DNA of 64,000 nucleotides from Haliotis rufescens (Eukaryota): NCBI RefSeq assembly GCF_023055435.1, contig NW_025964223.1, positions 39,680,001 to 39,744,000 of the forward strand, read 5' to 3'. Shown piece by piece: positions 62,401 to 64,000 of this stretch (position 1 is its first letter; each line of letters starts with the position of its first letter). The notes under the pieces were generated by a model. It saw only the letters and a program-made list of their open reading frames with translations, ran no database searches and was not told where the DNA came from. The position numbers and the translations under genes were made by a program.

Positions 62401-63721
62401 TTTAATAGTCAATAAAGCGTACATACACTTCTGAAAAATTTACCCTTGATTAGGCGAAGTGTCAAGTATACATGCTGGAATTCAAGGTGTCTTTAAAAAT
62501 GTAAACATTTAGGTCTTCAGCAACCGCTGATTGCTGTAAAAGGCGACTGTGCTTGTCGTAGGGGCGACTAACGGGATCGGGTGGTCAGGCTCGTTGACTT
62601 GGTTGATGCATGTCATCGATCCCAATTGCGTGGATTGATGCACATGATATATATCAATCGCTGAATTGTCTGCGGCGTTAAACAACAAACAAACAAACAA
62701 ATATTATACCTGGAAACATTGAAAGGAGGAGGAAACCGTGAGCACAGTGTTTTGGCGTGATTCCGTTTATTAACGTGCAAATTATCATTAGAATTACAAA
62801 CTAATTACAAACATGTTATCCTAAACAAAATGCAATAAGACAAATAAATGTAAAAATTTTCTATGGTAAATAATACAATCTATTTAACAATAACTACGGT
62901 AATTGTGTTTTCATATTAGCATAGTTTATAAACCTAACTCATATACAGAAAACACAGTGTGATATTGAAACAATACCAAACATGTAACTATCATAGTCAT
63001 ACAGTACAAATAACACCAAAGGCTCCTAGTACATAGGGATTACAAGTGTGGGTGGAGGCTACGGAAGCAATAAACCATGACACAGGGAAGGGGGGGGGGG
63101 GGGGGGGGGGGGGTAGAGAGAGAGACTGCGTTCAGACAATGATAGGACATTCTAGATCATTGGGGATAGTAATCCGACTTTTTCACTTTTCGTGTCGCAG
63201 CCCTGTCTGATCTCAAATGGGAGCCATAATCGACACTGTGTGAACCTGGCCTTAGAAGTGATTCCGTTGAAAGTATTGATTAGTACGTGTGCTTCGCCCA
63301 TATATACCCATTTACCCCGATGGCCACGCTCACAGTTTTCATTCAATATGACCAGTTCACATAATAAAATACAAGGCGCAATTGTTTTGGTACCTTAGGT
63401 CCATTGTGGGGACAGTGATACCCGAAGAGGAGAGTTACCCCTGCACAATAGTTAAACTGACTTTTCATATTTTATTACACAACAATGCACACATACATTT
63501 TCTGTGTGTTGCCAATTGAGCGATTATGCTCTTACCAATTTACCAAAAGTGATTGACGAGTACACAATAAACCCAAAGTTATAAGTGATCATATGTTTTG
63601 TATCCAAAAGAATTTAATCTTATAGTAACAAAATAAATAATTTTGAATTAAGCTTAATTAATAAAACATATTTCATATAGGTTTGCTTAATTATAGCGGT
63701 AACAACACCATTCCCACTCTT

Positions 63722-63852
63722 CTACAACGGTGTATCGTTATCTCTGTTGTACCGCTCGTAGAATCTGGATCCTTTCATCCACTCCTCATAGACCCTGTAA
63801 TAGTCGTCCAGCATGGAAGCAGAGAACCACTTCCTCCACTCCCCAGAGACGC
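63722..63852 (-). CDS. Last coding exon of a cytosolic sulfotransferase (SULT-family) gene; upstream exons lie beyond the window
   Basis: Acceptor CTCACTTCTTGCAG followed by phase-1 (G)VSGEWRKWFSASMLDDYYRVYEEWMKGSRFYERY...stop. This resembles the SULT C-terminal RK|GxxGDWKNxFT...MKGS motif and its usual intron position. Candidate AATAAA on the minus strand at 63471-63476. Confidence 0.72.
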
Positions 63853-64000
63853 CTGCAAGAAGTGAGATGAGGTCATGTAGCGTTTTCCTCAAGATGGTTA
63901 ACATTTGAGGAATCCGGGATAAATAGGTTCCAGCAACCTATGCTGATTGTACGAGATGACTTAATGGACTGGGTGATAAGGTTCGGTAATGCCATTGCAT

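Larger units (their letters stand above)
1..63087. repeat. Tandem array of a ~10-kb unit (about 5.2 copies in the window, continuing off the left edge)
   Basis: The same ordered landmarks recur; the Ser-rich ORF ATG is at 6691, 22908, 32481, 42695 and 52156. Approximate units: 2208-19090 (includes 6.1-kb Harbinger pair), 19091-28694, 28695-38891, 38892-~48594, ~48595-63087 (includes 4.8-kb Gypsy). Positions 1-2207 are a more diverged partial unit. Homology stops after GACACAGG at ~63087. Confidence 0.97.

Overview
AT-rich animal (invertebrate) genomic DNA. The SINEs resemble ones I recall from molluscs such as abalone, but I could not verify this. Positions ~1-63087 are a head-to-tail array of a ~9.5-10.8 kb unit: five near-complete copies plus a more diverged partial copy at the left edge. 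Each unit carries a single long ORF for an orphan acidic, Ser/SQ-rich, almost lysine-free protein built on 30-aa (90-bp) repeats. There are two long versions, two in-frame-deleted short versions and one nonsense copy. Each unit also carries antisense relics of an L2-type and an R4-type (RLE) LINE, several SINEs and a 250-350-bp exon/intron-like sub-repeat. Copy-specific insertions, confirmed by empty sites in sister units: (i) an intact intron-containing PIF/Harbinger (4-exon transposase, 7-exon Myb/SANT partner) head-to-tail with its own deleted derivative; (ii) a TTAA/Kolobok-type MITE; (iii) a tRNA-derived SINE; (iv) a full-length Ty3/Gypsy element with TG...TA LTRs. The array ends at a poly-G tract about 0.6 kb from the last exon of a convergent cytosolic sulfotransferase gene. 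Exon models were read and translated by hand; no database searches were run.
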